DNA from: Marsupella aquatica
Lineage: Eukaryota; Plantae; Marchantiophyta
Assembly: GCA_973895155.1 (NCBI GenBank)
Contig: OZ316896.1
Span: 868,001-932,000, forward strand
Direction: 5' to 3'
Length of the DNA: 64,000 nt
Numbering within the stretch: position 1 is the stretch's first letter; every line of letters starts with the position of its first letter. This document shows, piece by piece, positions 1 to 12,648 of the stretch. The translations under genes were made by a program, and so were the position numbers. The notes under the pieces are model-generated. The model did not search any database, was not told the DNA's origin, and saw only the letters and a program-made list of their open reading frames with translations.

Positions 1-446
1 AAAAGGCTTCCCATCTGCTGCTGGTCAGCTTGTTCTCACATTCCCACTCACATTCTTGACATAGGGTTGCAGCTCAGTAATGCCCCCACCGACATGCAGA
101 CCCCAACTATCCTACATGAATTATCCCACACAGCCAATCAGCTTGCTCTCACACTCTGGACATAGGTTTATACCTTAGTAACCTTCCACCCAGACCTTAA
201 TCATCCTATAAATCAGTTATGAATCCCATATCCCCACCGGACCCAAGAGTTCCCTCCCTGTACGCACTCCAATGAAGTGTATAAGGCCTCCCATATGCCT
301 CCTTGCATACATGGGTTGACATACGGCCAACCTTAATATGCAGGAATGGTCCATCTCAGGACCAATCTTTTGTACATTTTTGGGGCCCTTTCGCAGGCAA
401 GATGTGGTGCCATTAGTGTGGGTTAGATCTAAGTCCAGGTCTAATA

Positions 447-870
447 CCCAGTTTTCTTGGGCCTTGTACACTGCCCCTACCAATCCCCGTTGTGTGCGGC
501 GTGCTTTGGCCCAATTGACTTTGGTTTATCTTCTGGCATTGACCTTGGGTTTGTTTGGCCGCTCCCACTCCATCAACAGAAACTTCAACCATGGTACCAC
601 ATGCAATGTGAAAGGGTGAACTCAAACCACAGCTGCCCTTCAAAAGCTACGGGTTACCTGTAGTTACCATTTAAAGGAGATTTTTCCTGAAATTGTGGAG
701 CAAACTGGCATGCTAGAGGATAACAGTGATTGGAATGTGCAAAAAAGGGGAGGTCTTGGACACTTCCCCTTCTATAGGGCAAGTTGTGGTTTCATCCTTA
801 CAAATTGACAAAAACTTAAACTTTAGAGTTTCACTAACACAGCAACAATTGCAACTCATGCTGGGGAACC
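447..870. repeat. Dispersed repeat; diverged inverted copy at ~2032-2300
   Basis: cccagttttcttgggccttgtacactgccc (from 447) matches the reverse complement of 2269-2300. Further blocks (tgcaatgtgaaagggtgaact; aactttagagtttca) match 2060-2135 in inverted orientation. Confidence 0.6.
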
Positions 871-1994
871 ATGAGTTAGCCATAACCGGGGCCATAACAT
901 ATTAAGCCAACTGGAATTTCTCTTAGGCAAAGTATTGGGCTTTGCTTGAACACTTACACTCTATAAGCCAAGTACTTGTGGCTGCTTGGATCCATCCAAC
1001 TTGAAATGAGGTAGGGTTCAGCCACACCATTCTTGTTCTTTGCATTTGGTTGGTGCCTGTTGCGAGGTACTTAACTCAGACAATAATAAGTGAGACTATA
1101 TTATTGCCTCTGTTTTGTACTCTTATGAGTGTTTGGCTTCTTTCAATATCACGCTTACCTTGATAGTCTTGGGTGATGATCTGTCAAATGCTCCTTCCTT
1201 GTGGACTCTTTGTTGCTCTTCTGGCAACACTTCTTTCCAGCAAACTCATGGTTGCTTTGCTAACAAAGTCCAAGTGTTGAATTGCAAGCAAAGCTTGATA
1301 CTTTGGTTAAGAGCCACGGTGGATGGAGTCTTGGTTTATGTTCTTACAAACTCATGGTTCCCCTCTCTTTGGGGGTCTCACTTCCACAAAAACGACACAT
1401 TACTTGCCACGAGACACATGGTCATTTTATTTGTTCTAAAGGGAAGACTTAATTATTTTTTTGTGAAAGATCACTATCATCTGCCTCTCAACACAACGTC
1501 ATTGCAATGTGTTTGAAAATGGAAAAAGGTTGGCCTTCCTAAGAGGAAGTATTTTCAACTTGAACACAACACCACTCTAACACATTGGTTGGGCACTGTG
1601 TTTGAGTTGGGCATTGTGTTTGAGTTGGACCCCAAACTGTTTGACATTTGGCTCACAAGGACAGTGCAAACACATCAATGAGATGACAACAACTCCATAC
1701 TCCATACATATATAGCATTTCTGTTTACACCCTAATATCATCACAATGCCAAATTCAAACAATGCCCAAACTTGAACACAACAACATGTATATACAAAAA
1801 CCAAGCAGAGAGTGAAAACTTGAATACAACACCCCAGGTGCACTAGTCAAATATGACTATATGGCATTGTGTTCGGGGGAAGACAACAACATCTTAAGAT
1901 ATGGGTTTGAACCAACAATATCTCAATTTAATTGAGGTTAAAAGCTACCCATTTTTTTCTTATGTTTTGGAGTGTTCAAGCCTTGGAAAGGTTA

Positions 1995-2031
1995 CACGTG
2001 ATGGGGGCCTCCATATAGTGAGACCCCCTAG
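1995..2031 (-). mobile_element. Isolated terminus of the P-like MITE family
   Basis: Reverse complement ctagggggtctcactatatggaggcccccatcacg matches the left end of the MITEs at 15260 and 22393 (ctcgggggtctcactatatggggacctccccatcgc). The other end was not found. Confidence 0.65.
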
Positions 2032-2329
2032 TCCCACCAAGAGTTGTGATTACTGCTTTGGCAATGAAACTCTAAAGTTCAAATTGGTTTATCAGTTTGT
2101 AGACACGCTTAAGTTCACCCTTCACATTGCAGTGATACCATGATTTAAGGTTCCATCAACAAATCCGGGACAACAAAAAGTAAAGGGTGCCAGAACACAC
2201 ACCCAAAGTAGATGCCTAAACACAAACCAAATTAGGCCAGAGCTGGCAGCATGCATTGAGGACTGGGATGGGCAGTGTACAAGGCCCCAAGAAAACCTGG
2301 GGGAGTGTTAACTTGATCTAAATTTAACG

Positions 2330-2596
2330 CACCCTGGTGCCGTTTGGTCAGCTCCCTCCCTGCCCGTTCTGAGCTTGTCCACGCTTATTTTTGGTGGGGC
2401 TCTCTGGCGGGCAGGCAGTGGGTGCCATTCCGTCAGCTCCCTCCCTGCCCGAATGCTGCCCGTTCGCAGCTCATCCGTGCTCGTTTTTCTGGGCCTTTTC
2501 GCGCGCAAGAAGTGGGTGCCATTCGGTCAGCTCCCTCCCTGCCCGCGCTTATCCACACTCGCGGCCCATAGGCGGGCAGGAGGTGGGTGCCCGCGC
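2330..2596. repeat. GC-rich foldback with internal repeats upstream of psbO
   Basis: gtcagctccctccctgcccg occurs three times (~2347, ~2432, ~2526), with inverted ggcgggcagg units at ~2406 and ~2571. Confidence 0.6.
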
Positions 2597-2870
2597 AGAG
2601 AGCAAAAACTTATTACGGCTTTTATCCACACTCTCATCCGCATCGTCCTCCCGTCCTGTTCCCGCATTGGACCTCACCCATGCCCCAAATCTCGCCCCTG
2701 TTCGCCCCATTTGCGACAACAAAATCGGAGGAGCTCGGTTGATTGCATTCTTCAACTAATCGAGAAGAGGAGGAGAGGAGTGAGATCGAAGCAATTTTCC
2801 GAGGAGCAAACGATCCAGAGACAAAGGAGAAATTCGGAGTTGCATCGACGCGACCATAGAGACGATAGCT

Positions 2871-4124
2871 ATGGCGGCCTCGGTAGCCTCCGCGTCGTCG
2901 GCCTGCTGCAAGGTCACAGGGCTCTCGGCTTCGAGCTCGCTCTCGTCGGCGTCGTGCTCTCAGAGACTATCGGTCTCCAAGGCCTTCGGCGTTCGTGCCG
3001 GGAACGGTCGCGTTTCCTGCTCCATTGAGGAGGATGTCAAGTCGTTCGTGAAGAACTGTGCTGATGCCGGAAAGATGGCCACTGTCGCCCTCGCCGCCTC
3101 CGCTTTGGCTGTTTCTGTAAGTTTCGGATCTTTGCTCTTCGTCAATCTCCTTATGCAGCTCCTTCTCAGTCTCTCGCGAGCATAAATGCGGCCTCTTCTG
3201 TGGTGCCTTTCTGTTTCCAATGGTCAATCTTCACGTCGCCTTGTCTCCCTGCTCGTTTTCGATGGTTCGTTGTTGTCTGTGGATTACAGCTCTCCCGTTT
3301 CGTTTTCTTTTCTGGTACATCACTGAGGGCATTCGCTTTGGCTGTGGTGTGGTGCGGAATGAGCACAGGGTGCCAATGCTGAGGGCGTGCCACAGCGTCT
3401 GACCTACGACGAGATTCAGGCCCAGACCTACAGTGAGGTGAAGGGTAGTGGCACCGCTAATCAGTGCCCAATTATCAAGAGTGGCGACTCTGGATTGAGC
3501 ATCAAAGCTGGAGACTATCAGCTGAAGAACCTCTGCCTGGAGCCGACGTCCTTCACCGTGAAGTCCGAGGGGCTTTTCAAGGGTGCCGGTGACGAATTCC
3601 AGAAGACAAAGCTGATGACCCGATTGACGTACACCCTGGACGCTATCGAGGGAGATTTTAAGGTCGGCGGTGACGGATCGGTCAAGTTCACAGAGAAGGA
3701 CGGAATTGACTACGCCGCTGTCACAGTGCAGCTCCCCGGAGGCGAGAGGGTTCCGTTTCTGTTCACCATTAAGGAGCTAGTTGCAGAAGGCAAGGCAGAC
3801 AGCTTCGCCGGAACTTACTTGGTGCCATCATACCGAGGCTCTTCCTTCTTGGACCCCAAGGGACGGGGTGGATCCACCGGGTACGATAACGCCGTCGCCC
3901 TCCCCGCCGGAGGACGTGGTGATGAGGAGGAGCTTTCAAAGGAGAACGAGAAGAATACCGCCGCTTTGAAGGGTAACATCACCTTCAAGCTCGCTAAGAG
4001 CGACTCCGAGACTGGAGAGATTGCTGGAGTGTTCGAGAGCATCCAACCTTCTGATACAGATTTGGGTTCCAAAGCTCCCAAGGATGTCAAAATCCAGGGC
4101 ATCTGGTACGCGCAGCTCGAATAA
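2871..4124 (+). CDS. psbO: Oxygen-evolving enhancer protein 1 (33 kDa PSII extrinsic protein); exons 2871-3116, 3369-4124
   Basis: Bipartite transit peptide ending ...ALAVS|[17 protein letters not shown], then [61 protein letters not shown], ending QGIWYAQLE*. The GTAAGT..CAG intron (3117-3368) keeps the frame. Confidence 0.98.
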
Positions 4125-4930
4125 GCGAAGCTGTCTTTCTGTTATTCGTCTCGTCTCGTCTCATCTCGTGTTAGGATGATGCTCTAGGTGCCTCAATCAG
4201 CCAGCGGCGTGTGGACTTGTATTTGGTAATTGTGTACAGAGGAAGTCTCTCATTACAGAGTGTACCTAAAGCGCTGAAGCTTTTCGCTCAGGTTTTTGTC
4301 ACATACACATAGTATCCACCACCATCATTGATTGAAGTTTGATTCTAAGGTTCTCTCGGCCGGAAAATGTTGAATTCTAGTCTGAAAATTGTTAGCAAGT
4401 CGTTTGGAAGATGGTCCCAGCTCAGTGAAGATGTCTGAGAAAGCGCGAATCTCCCATGTTGTGGCATTTGAGAGGAACTAGTGCAGGAGATTCATTGACA
4501 GCATCTACAGTAGATGAATGTTTTGCAACCGACAGCATCTTTTTTTTTACATCAGATCCGTCATTTGCAATTGGAACAATCTAGAGAAAATTCTCCAAAC
4601 ATTATCACACGACATGCCTCGTTTACCCTTCCCGAGAGTTTGATGGTATAGATTTCTGGTCCGGAATTTTCTGCGAGAAAGTGGGGAGTGTCTGCTGTGG
4701 TTGACGTAGTTGTGCACTGGACATTCTGTATCCGAAATAGAGGGGAAGAGAGTTTGGATTGTCCTCGTCTGTGGTTGGTCCCAGTCTCCATGGATTGGGG
4801 ATTGGATACTGTACTTCATCCCCAACGACCAATCACCCAATCACCCGACCAGGGAGATTGTGCCTTGTGGGGACCCACCTTACTGGGCACTACTTGTAAT
4901 TGGCGCACATAGCCAAAATTCGACCTCCCC

Positions 4931-5463
4931 TTGAACTGGAAATTCATGAGGTAATTTTGGGAAATGGGGAGTAAATAAAATCCCAAAGAGAAGAGAAATG
5001 GGGAGTGAATGAAATTCCAGACAATACACCTATTACCTTAATTAGTATCACACACCCAAATTACCGGATGTCACCATAATTAATGTGTGTGAGACACTAT
5101 ATTACCTTAATTAGTATCACACACCCAAATGTCACCATAATTAATGTGTGTGAGACACTATATTACCTTAATTAGTATCACACACCCAAATTACAGGATG
5201 TCACCATAATTAATGTGTGTGAGACACTGTCACCATAATTAATGTGTGTGAGACACTATAAAAAGTGAGTAAATACATGTTATTCTAAATTAAAGTAAGG
5301 GAGATGGATGTCCCCATAATTAATGTGTGTTCTCTATATAAAAAGTGAGCAAATGCATGTTATTCTAAATTAAAGTAAGGGAGATTATTTTTGGTGACCC
5401 ACCAATAGTGTGTGATGAACACTTAATTAATGTGTGTTACTTATGAATTTTCCCAGTTGTAAG
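4931..5463. mobile_element. MITE-like element with internal ~60-70 bp tandem repeats
   Basis: Imperfect ~25-bp inverted ends (cttgaactggaaattcatgaggtaa / ttacttatgaattttcccagttgtaag). The interior repeats tattaccttaattagtatcacacacccaaat and gtcaccataattaatgtgtgtgagacact. Confidence 0.55.
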
Positions 5464-5739
5464 ATGTATTTGCAAAGGCATATAAAATCAAAAACAATAT
5501 TTATTAAAATCAGGTTAGGAATACAATCGAAATCTTACTATGACAATTGACTGAACTCCTTCCTCGTACTCTCGTAATCCAAGTCTACTCCAATCCATGT
5601 CCAGATTCATCATCTTGTGATCCGAAATCATTGCCTTCAGACTCAGAATCCACAGGTGGGTCCTCTTCAGAATCAGTACTATTAATTGTGGGGGAATTGG
5701 GGGAACAATGACAAAATCTGTATTTTGACCAGGTACATG

Positions 5740-7340
5740 TCCCATAGAAGGCACAGTTGTGCCTTCAAAATGCATCTTGTATTTTTGAATCAAATTTTGA
5801 AAATCTGGATTCAATTGTTGTTCATGCCACACTTCATTGATATCAAGGGAAAGACCACAACGAATCATAGTCTTACTTGCGTATGTTATCCCAGTGTGCT
5901 TGTCTCGTTGTTGATTGACCTTTTATACAGATGTTGCAGCAAGCTTTAAGAAAAATTGCTTGCCACGATTCTTCGATCAGTGCTCCAGAATTCTGCCCAC
6001 TGACCAGACAAAAAAAGGGCAGATACTGTGAAGTTTATTGCTTTACGTTTTCCAGGTCTTAGCTGCGGCCTTCCCGGGCTTCAGTAATAATCCCAAGTAT
6101 GACGTAGATCTAAACTCTACTGAAATGGACAATCCACCGGAAACCAAACTCGAAAGAAAGGGACGTGGGGGGTGGGACTGTCCGACAGGTCGGGGCACTT
6201 CGGACAAAAAGAAGGCGAAGGACGTTCCGTAAATTTACGATTTCCGGGCTTTATTTATCCGAGACCAACGGAAGGGAGAGGCCCCTCGGGCGGGCCCTTA
6301 GGAGCCAAATAAGGCTGTCCACCCTTCGGCCCTACGGCCTTTACGCTTTATGGGGAGTAGGATTCTCAGAGACTATGGGCCAAACGCATCTCCACACTTC
6401 GGGTGCCGTAATATATTACTAATGCGCCCAAGTACTTGGCCATCCCGGACTTTGCGTGTAAGATTTTATGTTCGTTTATGTCCAACTCCAGTTCTTCCTG
6501 CAGGAAGTTTTGCACGGCTTTTATAATATCTAGGGCATCTCGTTTGGTGCCCATAACACCTAGAATTATGTTATCCGCGTACCGTAGGTACTTAAGTCTT
6601 TCTAATCCTTCTTTCTCAGCCATTTCTGGAAGCATCTTTCGGCCCAAAGGGCATGAAACTTTAGGGTTTCGGAAGAAGAAGAAATTTACAAAAAAATCTT
6701 TTTTTTTTAACGAAAGCATATTTCTTTTGTTGCTCGCGGTTCATCCATTCTAGGTGTTCGATGTTTTTGATGGCCTGCCCCAATTCTGTATAGTACTCGG
6801 AGAAGGCTTTGTATTTTGAATGGATATCAAGCCTTTTCCTACTATATTCTGCCGACGTGAGGCGCATATTCGCTACATTGTATTTGGGTACGAGTATGTC
6901 TTTGACGTAGCAATCCAACTTATGTAGGAAGATATTGGTACAAAGCGGGGATAGTATAGAGCCCTGCGGAACGCCCTCTGTGTTGTATCCCGCTCGATCC
7001 GTAAGGTTATATACATCTATGTATCCTGCGTTAAGTAGTTTTCTCGTAAGATCCTGTAGTGCTTTAGATCGCAGTACTGATCCCATCTCCTTAATAAGCA
7101 GGTCGTGATGAATCTTGTCAAAGTCTTTCTTAATATCAATTTGTACAAGCCAAGTCGGTGCCGTCCACGAGTAACTTTGACCAGAATTTTGAAATCCATT
7201 CACTCATGGTCATCTTCAACTTGTGCTTCTCCCAGGCATCTGTCCACGCATACTTGATCTTGGAGATCACAAACGAATCACAAGGTTGTGTCTTATAAGT
7301 GGAGCATGGAGGTAAGTTGCGTATGGTAGCATTCAATCTT
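5740..7340 (-). pseudogene. pogo/Tc1-mariner-type (DDE_1) transposase C-terminal relic, split by the insert at 6009-7177
   Basis: LPPCSTYKTQPCDSFVISKIK (~7320-7255) resumes at ~6000 with KNRGKQFFLKLAATSV...MIRCGLSLDINEVWHEQQL. This is colinear with the copy at 46070-46450 (QPCDSFVISKIK...KNPGKKYFLELAAASV...MIRTGLGLNLNGQW). Confidence 0.8.
6009..7177 (-). other. Probable mitochondrial insertion (NUMT) containing a frameshifted group II intron RT/maturase (~6366-7170)
   Basis: RT motifs WLVQIDIKKDFDKIHH, GVPQGSILSPLCTNIFLHKLD, YLRYADNIILG and KYLG, with a frameshift near the A/T runs at ~6690-6710. The insert is flanked by the 8-bp direct repeat tgaccaga (6001-6008, 7178-7185). Confidence 0.8.
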
Positions 7341-7343
7341 CGT

Positions 7344-7632
7344 CTCGTCTTTCTGTCATTCATCTCCTTGCTACCCATCACGCAAAAGTTAGTATAGGGT
7401 TTGTTTATTGGGTTGAGAAGAATACTTTTCAATTTCTATAGAAGAACATTACGGTTTTTAAAATCCAATTTTGAGAATTATAAGAAAAGATAGTGTTTTA
7501 AAAATGAATTTTGAATTTTTTTTAATATTTCAAAAATATAGGGGTAGAAAATTAGTTCAACAAAACCTTTTTCGCTTGTTTTTAAGGGTGTTTAATAGCT
7601 AAAACTGTTGAGCGTGTTATGAGACCCCCGAG
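7344..7632. mobile_element. ~290-bp MITE of the P-like family (one end degenerate)
   Basis: The right end is tgagacccccgag. The left interior (reverse complement aaaccctatact...gcgtgatgggtagcaaggagatgaatga) matches the subterminal region of the element ending at 42042. No clean TSD. Confidence 0.65.
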
Positions 7633-7639
7633 ACTATTT

Positions 7640-10480
7640 GCAGTGATACAAGCTGAGATAGTCTGTGGTTTCCTCTAGCAGCAGAAAGCTACATTCCAAT
7701 AGACGATTCAGCCATTTAGAACCAAAGCTTCTCCACTCGAGAAGTGAGCTACAGTACTTGAGTTTCAGCCTTTCAGGAAATAATCCACATGCAATTGCAG
7801 ATTAGACAAAGTATGTGCTAGAAGTCCTTTAAGTTCTGTTTAGGAGTACCAGCATATTTAGGTTTCAATCTTTTGGGTAGAAGAATGGTTGGATAAATAT
7901 CATTTTGTTCTATTAGTTGCCCAACTTGTTAATAGGTGACAGCACTCAGATTTTCTTTTGACTTCATTCATCAAAGTGCAGAGTTCAAAATTTAGCCATG
8001 GTTGTACACAACAAGCCAACCCCAAAGCCAACGAGTCATGTGTCCATTGATTATTTCTCACTTATCATTAATTAACCTAAATTTAATCAGACTAGAAGGC
8101 CATAATGAAATCAAACAGTTTGTAGACTTGTGTTAAAGCAAACTGATGATACAATTATATGCTCACTTGATGTGCTTTCTTATGCCTTTGTCTCGAGCAC
8201 CTGTCCAGAAAATTCTAACTGATAGAAACCGGCTCTTGAAGAGGGTCATGCAAGCATCAACACAATCAGACATAAGCTGTAAAAGCTGGCAAGTTAGATA
8301 TGTATTATTCTGAATGTTAAAAAGAATATTAAGAATGTCTGAAATAGACATAGAGTCTTCCTTTTTGCGCCATGTCTATATTAATAGAGCAATTTCTAGA
8401 GATAATGTAAACAAACATTAGTCCAACAAAGTAGTATGATCTTTTGATGGAGAGTTAATTCCCCAATGAAGGACAAAACATAATCATTATGATTTAGGTT
8501 TTGCAAAACTCCATAGATGGGACAATGTGTATCCCTATTGATGAGATTTCACGAAATTTTATAGGAAAAAGTTTGTCATCTTGCTAACTAATATATAAAT
8601 AATTCAAACTACATGTCATACCTAGTGATTTTGTCCTAGTGGAATTGTAACAATAGATTCCTATAGATTGAAATTTGTGACTTCGATCCTTTGACACTAA
8701 CCTTTGATGCTGGTACTTTACTGTCTGGAGAGTTTTGATATTTTTGCACAAAAGACGATACTCTTGAGACCACTTGGGACTTTTTGTAGTACACTGCTGT
8801 TGATTCGCACGACTGATCAGATTTCAGTATCTGTTAAAGATTCTAAGTTCAGGTGGTCTTAGAGATTTTTAATGCCATCTATGTCCTCACACAATTACCT
8901 TAGGTTTCTAGCATTTGTCCTTGTGGAAATGTAGAGCTAAACTTGCCTCACTGAATAACTTGTCCCATTCATTCACAAGGGCGGACAATAACTCAGTTTC
9001 CTTCTCCAGGGATTTTAGAACTCTGAATTCATGAGACCAGTTACAGAAATGTCCTATTCGATTGCATTTTGAACATTATATTTTGCTTAGGTTCACCCTC
9101 TAGAGTCCTGCTCTTCATTCTTTCCCTTTGCTCTCAAGAGTCCTCAATTTCTCCAATTGGCTATCTTTGCAATGGTAGGATCACAAGTTTGGTCATTTCA
9201 TCCCATGGGAAATTTCTTGTTAGACTATCTTTTGGGCTGGAGATAGGCTAACCTCAATTAGAAGTCCTATACAAGTTGAGAACATAGAGAAGGCTCTAAG
9301 GTGATGTGACTGCTCCAGGATTGAGCCATAGGGCACTTCTTGGAGGAGCAGGGCTCCTCAAGGTTTGGTTCATCTTGTAAAAGCCATTTCTACAATATCT
9401 AGAGTGTACTTTAAAAGTCCTTTTTGGAGGGCTATTTATGGAGGAATTTCTCTCTTGGGCAGCTTTAATGTTGCACAAACAATGTCACTTTCTTGTGGTG
9501 CATTGGGAATGAATGAGGTTATTGTGGCTGCCTGAGATTCATGAATGTATATCTGACCTGCAGTAACATCTTATGTTGCAGCAACTGAGAGGAAGGAAAG
9601 TAAGACCTCCTAAAGCTTTGCCTGGTCTCAAACATCTTCCTCTGTCTCATGAATCTATCCTTTTCTAACTCACTTTTGTCCTTCCTTTGGCCCAGTTCCC
9701 ACTGAGATTTTCTAGTGCCCCTGGATACGTCTTTATACATGTTATAAGCAGTAATTACTTAGCTCAAATGCATCCTATGTTAGGGGGTCCACAATCTAAT
9801 TTTCTTATGAGTAAAGTGCTCCTTTCAAGAATAATAAATAAGTAAAGGAATCTGGTGGATCCAGGTTTCTTTGATGGACAGGCGCTTTAAGTAATAAGCT
9901 GCCAGAACATTGGTTGAGGGTTGCATAAATGCCAGAGAACTCTATGTCAATGTAAGCTTTGAGGGTATAAAGTCTAAACGGAATCATGGGTCCCACCAAA
10001 AAATTCTCTGGACCCAAAGTGGTCTCGATTGGATCTATCGAGCCTTCTTTTCTACTGTATCTATCCATCCATCCATATCTACAGTGCCCTCTCGTCACAA
10101 GTCTACGACTGCGTGTCCTCCCTTCATCCATGGTACACTAATCGCAGCAGAGGATGCAACATACGACCTCGGGGAAGGTGGACGAAGAAGATCGTAGCAT
10201 TACGAAATCGGCGGAATGTTCTTCCTGGGCTGAGGTGTAGCGTACAGTAGTAGCAAGAGAATCAGCCGAGCGACGGAGCTTGCTTTCGGCCAAGAAGAGC
10301 AGAGCGGAGCACTCTGTTATCAGTTCGTTGTAGCTGTAGTTGTTGTTGTTGGAGATGGCCGCGGTTTCAGCTGCGATCGTCGGTGCTGCAACCCAGGTGT
10401 GGATCTCGATCGGAGGCCAGAGCGAGCATTCTTTGAGAGAATCGAGGACTGTCTGGTGCCGTTCTCCCCTTTTTCCCATT
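7640..10480 (-). pseudogene. Degraded multi-exon gene of unknown function, head-to-head with LQY1
   Basis: Coding-like segments lie at 10138-10480, 9558-9740 (followed by a GT donor) and 8166-8351 (followed by GTGAG). A CSKCNRIGH zinc-knuckle-like stretch lies near 9050-9078. Many stops and frameshifts. Confidence 0.3.
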
Positions 10481-10899
10481 TCAGCTGGGTTGCCTGTGTT
10501 CGTGTCTGCTGTGGTAGAAGAAGAGAAGCTTTTCTGTGGTCTGCGGGACAACAATGAGTGATCTAGAATGTGCTGTCATCTGTGCGTAGCATGTTAGATT
10601 TTTTCCGTCCCAAGAAGCGTGGGTTGTTGTAGTCCTATTGTGGCGTTTGGCTCGATAGAATTGCTGTTGTTCGGGCTTCCTGAGCTTTACTTCTGGAGTA
10701 TGTCATTGCAACTACGTTGGAGCTGAGGGGTCCTTTTTCTTTCCTATGTTATTTATTTTGTCAGCATTGATTGACTTTCTGAGAATTTTGCCTACTCTGC
10801 TGTCTTTTGCTGTACAAGATATCTCATATGCTATGTAGTCTCTACGTAAGCTTGTAGCCGCAAGCATTATGCACAATCCAAACATTATGCACAATAACC

Positions 10900-12648
10900 A
10901 TGGCATCCTCTGTTTCCGTGGGTCAGCCAGTATTTGTCCCTGCGGACAGACAGACGGAAGAAAGGAAGGAAGGGTGTAACTATTGTTCCTGTAGAGCCCT
11001 CACTAGCTCGGGAATTGTCTGCTACTGTTTGCTTCTGCCATCGCCAGCAGCAGAATCAGCAGCCTCCGTTGTATGTGCCTCCCACTCTGATTTCCAACCG
11101 GAGGAAGACGCTTCTCCCTTGTCCCCGAGCCGAGCTGGATTCTGACACGGTACTGTGCTGGAAACCACTCATCTTCACCCCACTTCCATTGGACTGCACT
11201 ACACTAGGCTGCAAGTTATTCCAGGGCCTGCATTTATCTTGAAATTGTAATGCAGCCCTTCGTGGTGTCTCGTCGTGAATTGTTGGATTGAATTGAGACG
11301 AATTACATTCAGATACTGCGCTTTACACCATTCCGTTCCATTTTAGTCTCTGGATTTCGTCTCTGTATTATGCATGCCTGGCATTTTCGGTCCGCTTCCT
11401 TAGTCTTGCAATTCGGAACCCCTTGGTTCCATCGATCGGTCGGTGTAATCTTGAGGGATGCTTGCTTAGTATGTTGTTTTCTGATTATTTTCTATAGTGA
11501 GTTGGATGACCTTAGGTTTTTGTCTTTTGTTTTTCTCTCCCCAGTTCAATTCGTTGCTGAATGAGCCTCCAATCATGGCTTGCTAAGACGATTCGATGGT
11601 TGGATGAATGCAGATTTTGGCAGTTGGTGTAGGCGTGGCTGGAATTGCCTTGGGAATCGGAATTCCCTTGTTTTATGAAACGCAAGTGAAAGGTTCTGTA
11701 AGTGACAGACAAATACCTTTTCAGTTTTTCTCCCGGGCTACTATGTTCTGAACTCCTCATAAAAGTCGCTTGGAAGGATGTCGGCTGACTAATGCCGCTG
11801 TTGTCATGCAGGAGGGAAGAGAAAATGATCAACCATGCTTCCCTTGCAACGGCAGTGGTTCTCGTGAGTGAACATAAACAATGACCTGTTAACCCTATGA
11901 GATTAATCAATTACTGTCATATTGGGTCTAACTCAGCTCCTCTGGTTGTTGACTATGCTAAACCTCCATTCCGGTCACAACTTCTTGGCTTCATGGTGGT
12001 CTCGAAGTACCACCTCAAACTCTTAATTCTCGGGTTTTTTGGTTTCCAGAAACATGCCGATTTTGTGTTGGTGCTGGAAATATTACGGTGGAGCTCGGCG
12101 CAGGTGAGAAGGAGGTATCAAAGTGCATAAATTGTGAAGGAGCTGGTAACATCACTTGCACGACCTGTCAGGGTTCGGGTGTTCAACCTCGTTACCTAGA
12201 TCGCAGGTTTGTGATTCACGTTCTGTATGGTACACTCTTGTTCTGTCCAGCCGGCGTGTGAAGGAGAATCCACAGCGAATGTTGCATTATTAGTGTATTT
12301 TTCTTTTAATGGGTTTGTCAAGTCCTCATGAAAGAATTCTGGAAGGCAAAGCACCCACCAGTGTGCTGTTTGACATGAGCTTCCATTACAGCTGTTTGGA
12401 TAGTACTCATCGTCTGGTCCCCTCTTGCTAAGTTCGGGGTTTTTGTTTGAGACTTTGTCATGACCAGAAGCGCCATCTCAAGTTTCCTCCTTCTCTTGTA
12501 TCCTTTTGGCTGGTCTGCTTTTGTACACGGAGTCACTATTATTCACTGGGTAGACAATATCTCTAATATTTCGGCGCCAAACTTTGCTGCATTCTGGGTA
12601 AGTGCTGATAGGTGGATTTCTGGCAGGGAGTACAAGGATGAAGACTAG
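10900..12648 (+). CDS. LQY1: LQY1/SPA thylakoid DnaJ-type zinc-finger protein; exons 10900-10921, 10995-11149, 11614-11697, 11812-11863, 12050-12206, 12627-12648
   Basis: The spliced product reads ...PRAELDSDT ILAVGVGVAGIALGIGIPLFYETQVKGS EGRENDQPCFPCNGSGSQTCRFCVGAGNITVELGAGEKEVSKCINCEGAGNITCTTCQGSGVQPRYLDRREYKDED*, matching Arabidopsis LQY1 (four CxxCxGxG). All introns are GT-AG and in phase. Exon 1 is the least certain. Confidence 0.93.

Noticed and set aside
2375-3028. 217-aa ORF and other ORFs overlapping psbO, the 13433 foldback, (CT)n tracts or antisense to transposases
   Set aside because: By-products of GC-rich, low-complexity or antisense sequence, with non-ATG starts or no motifs.
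5025-5260. Repeat array as CRISPR
   Set aside because: Tandem units without unique spacers, in a eukaryotic context with no cas genes.
7628-7663. gagacta...gatagtc resembling group I intron P7
   Set aside because: Formed by a MITE end abutting flanking DNA; no other group I core elements.
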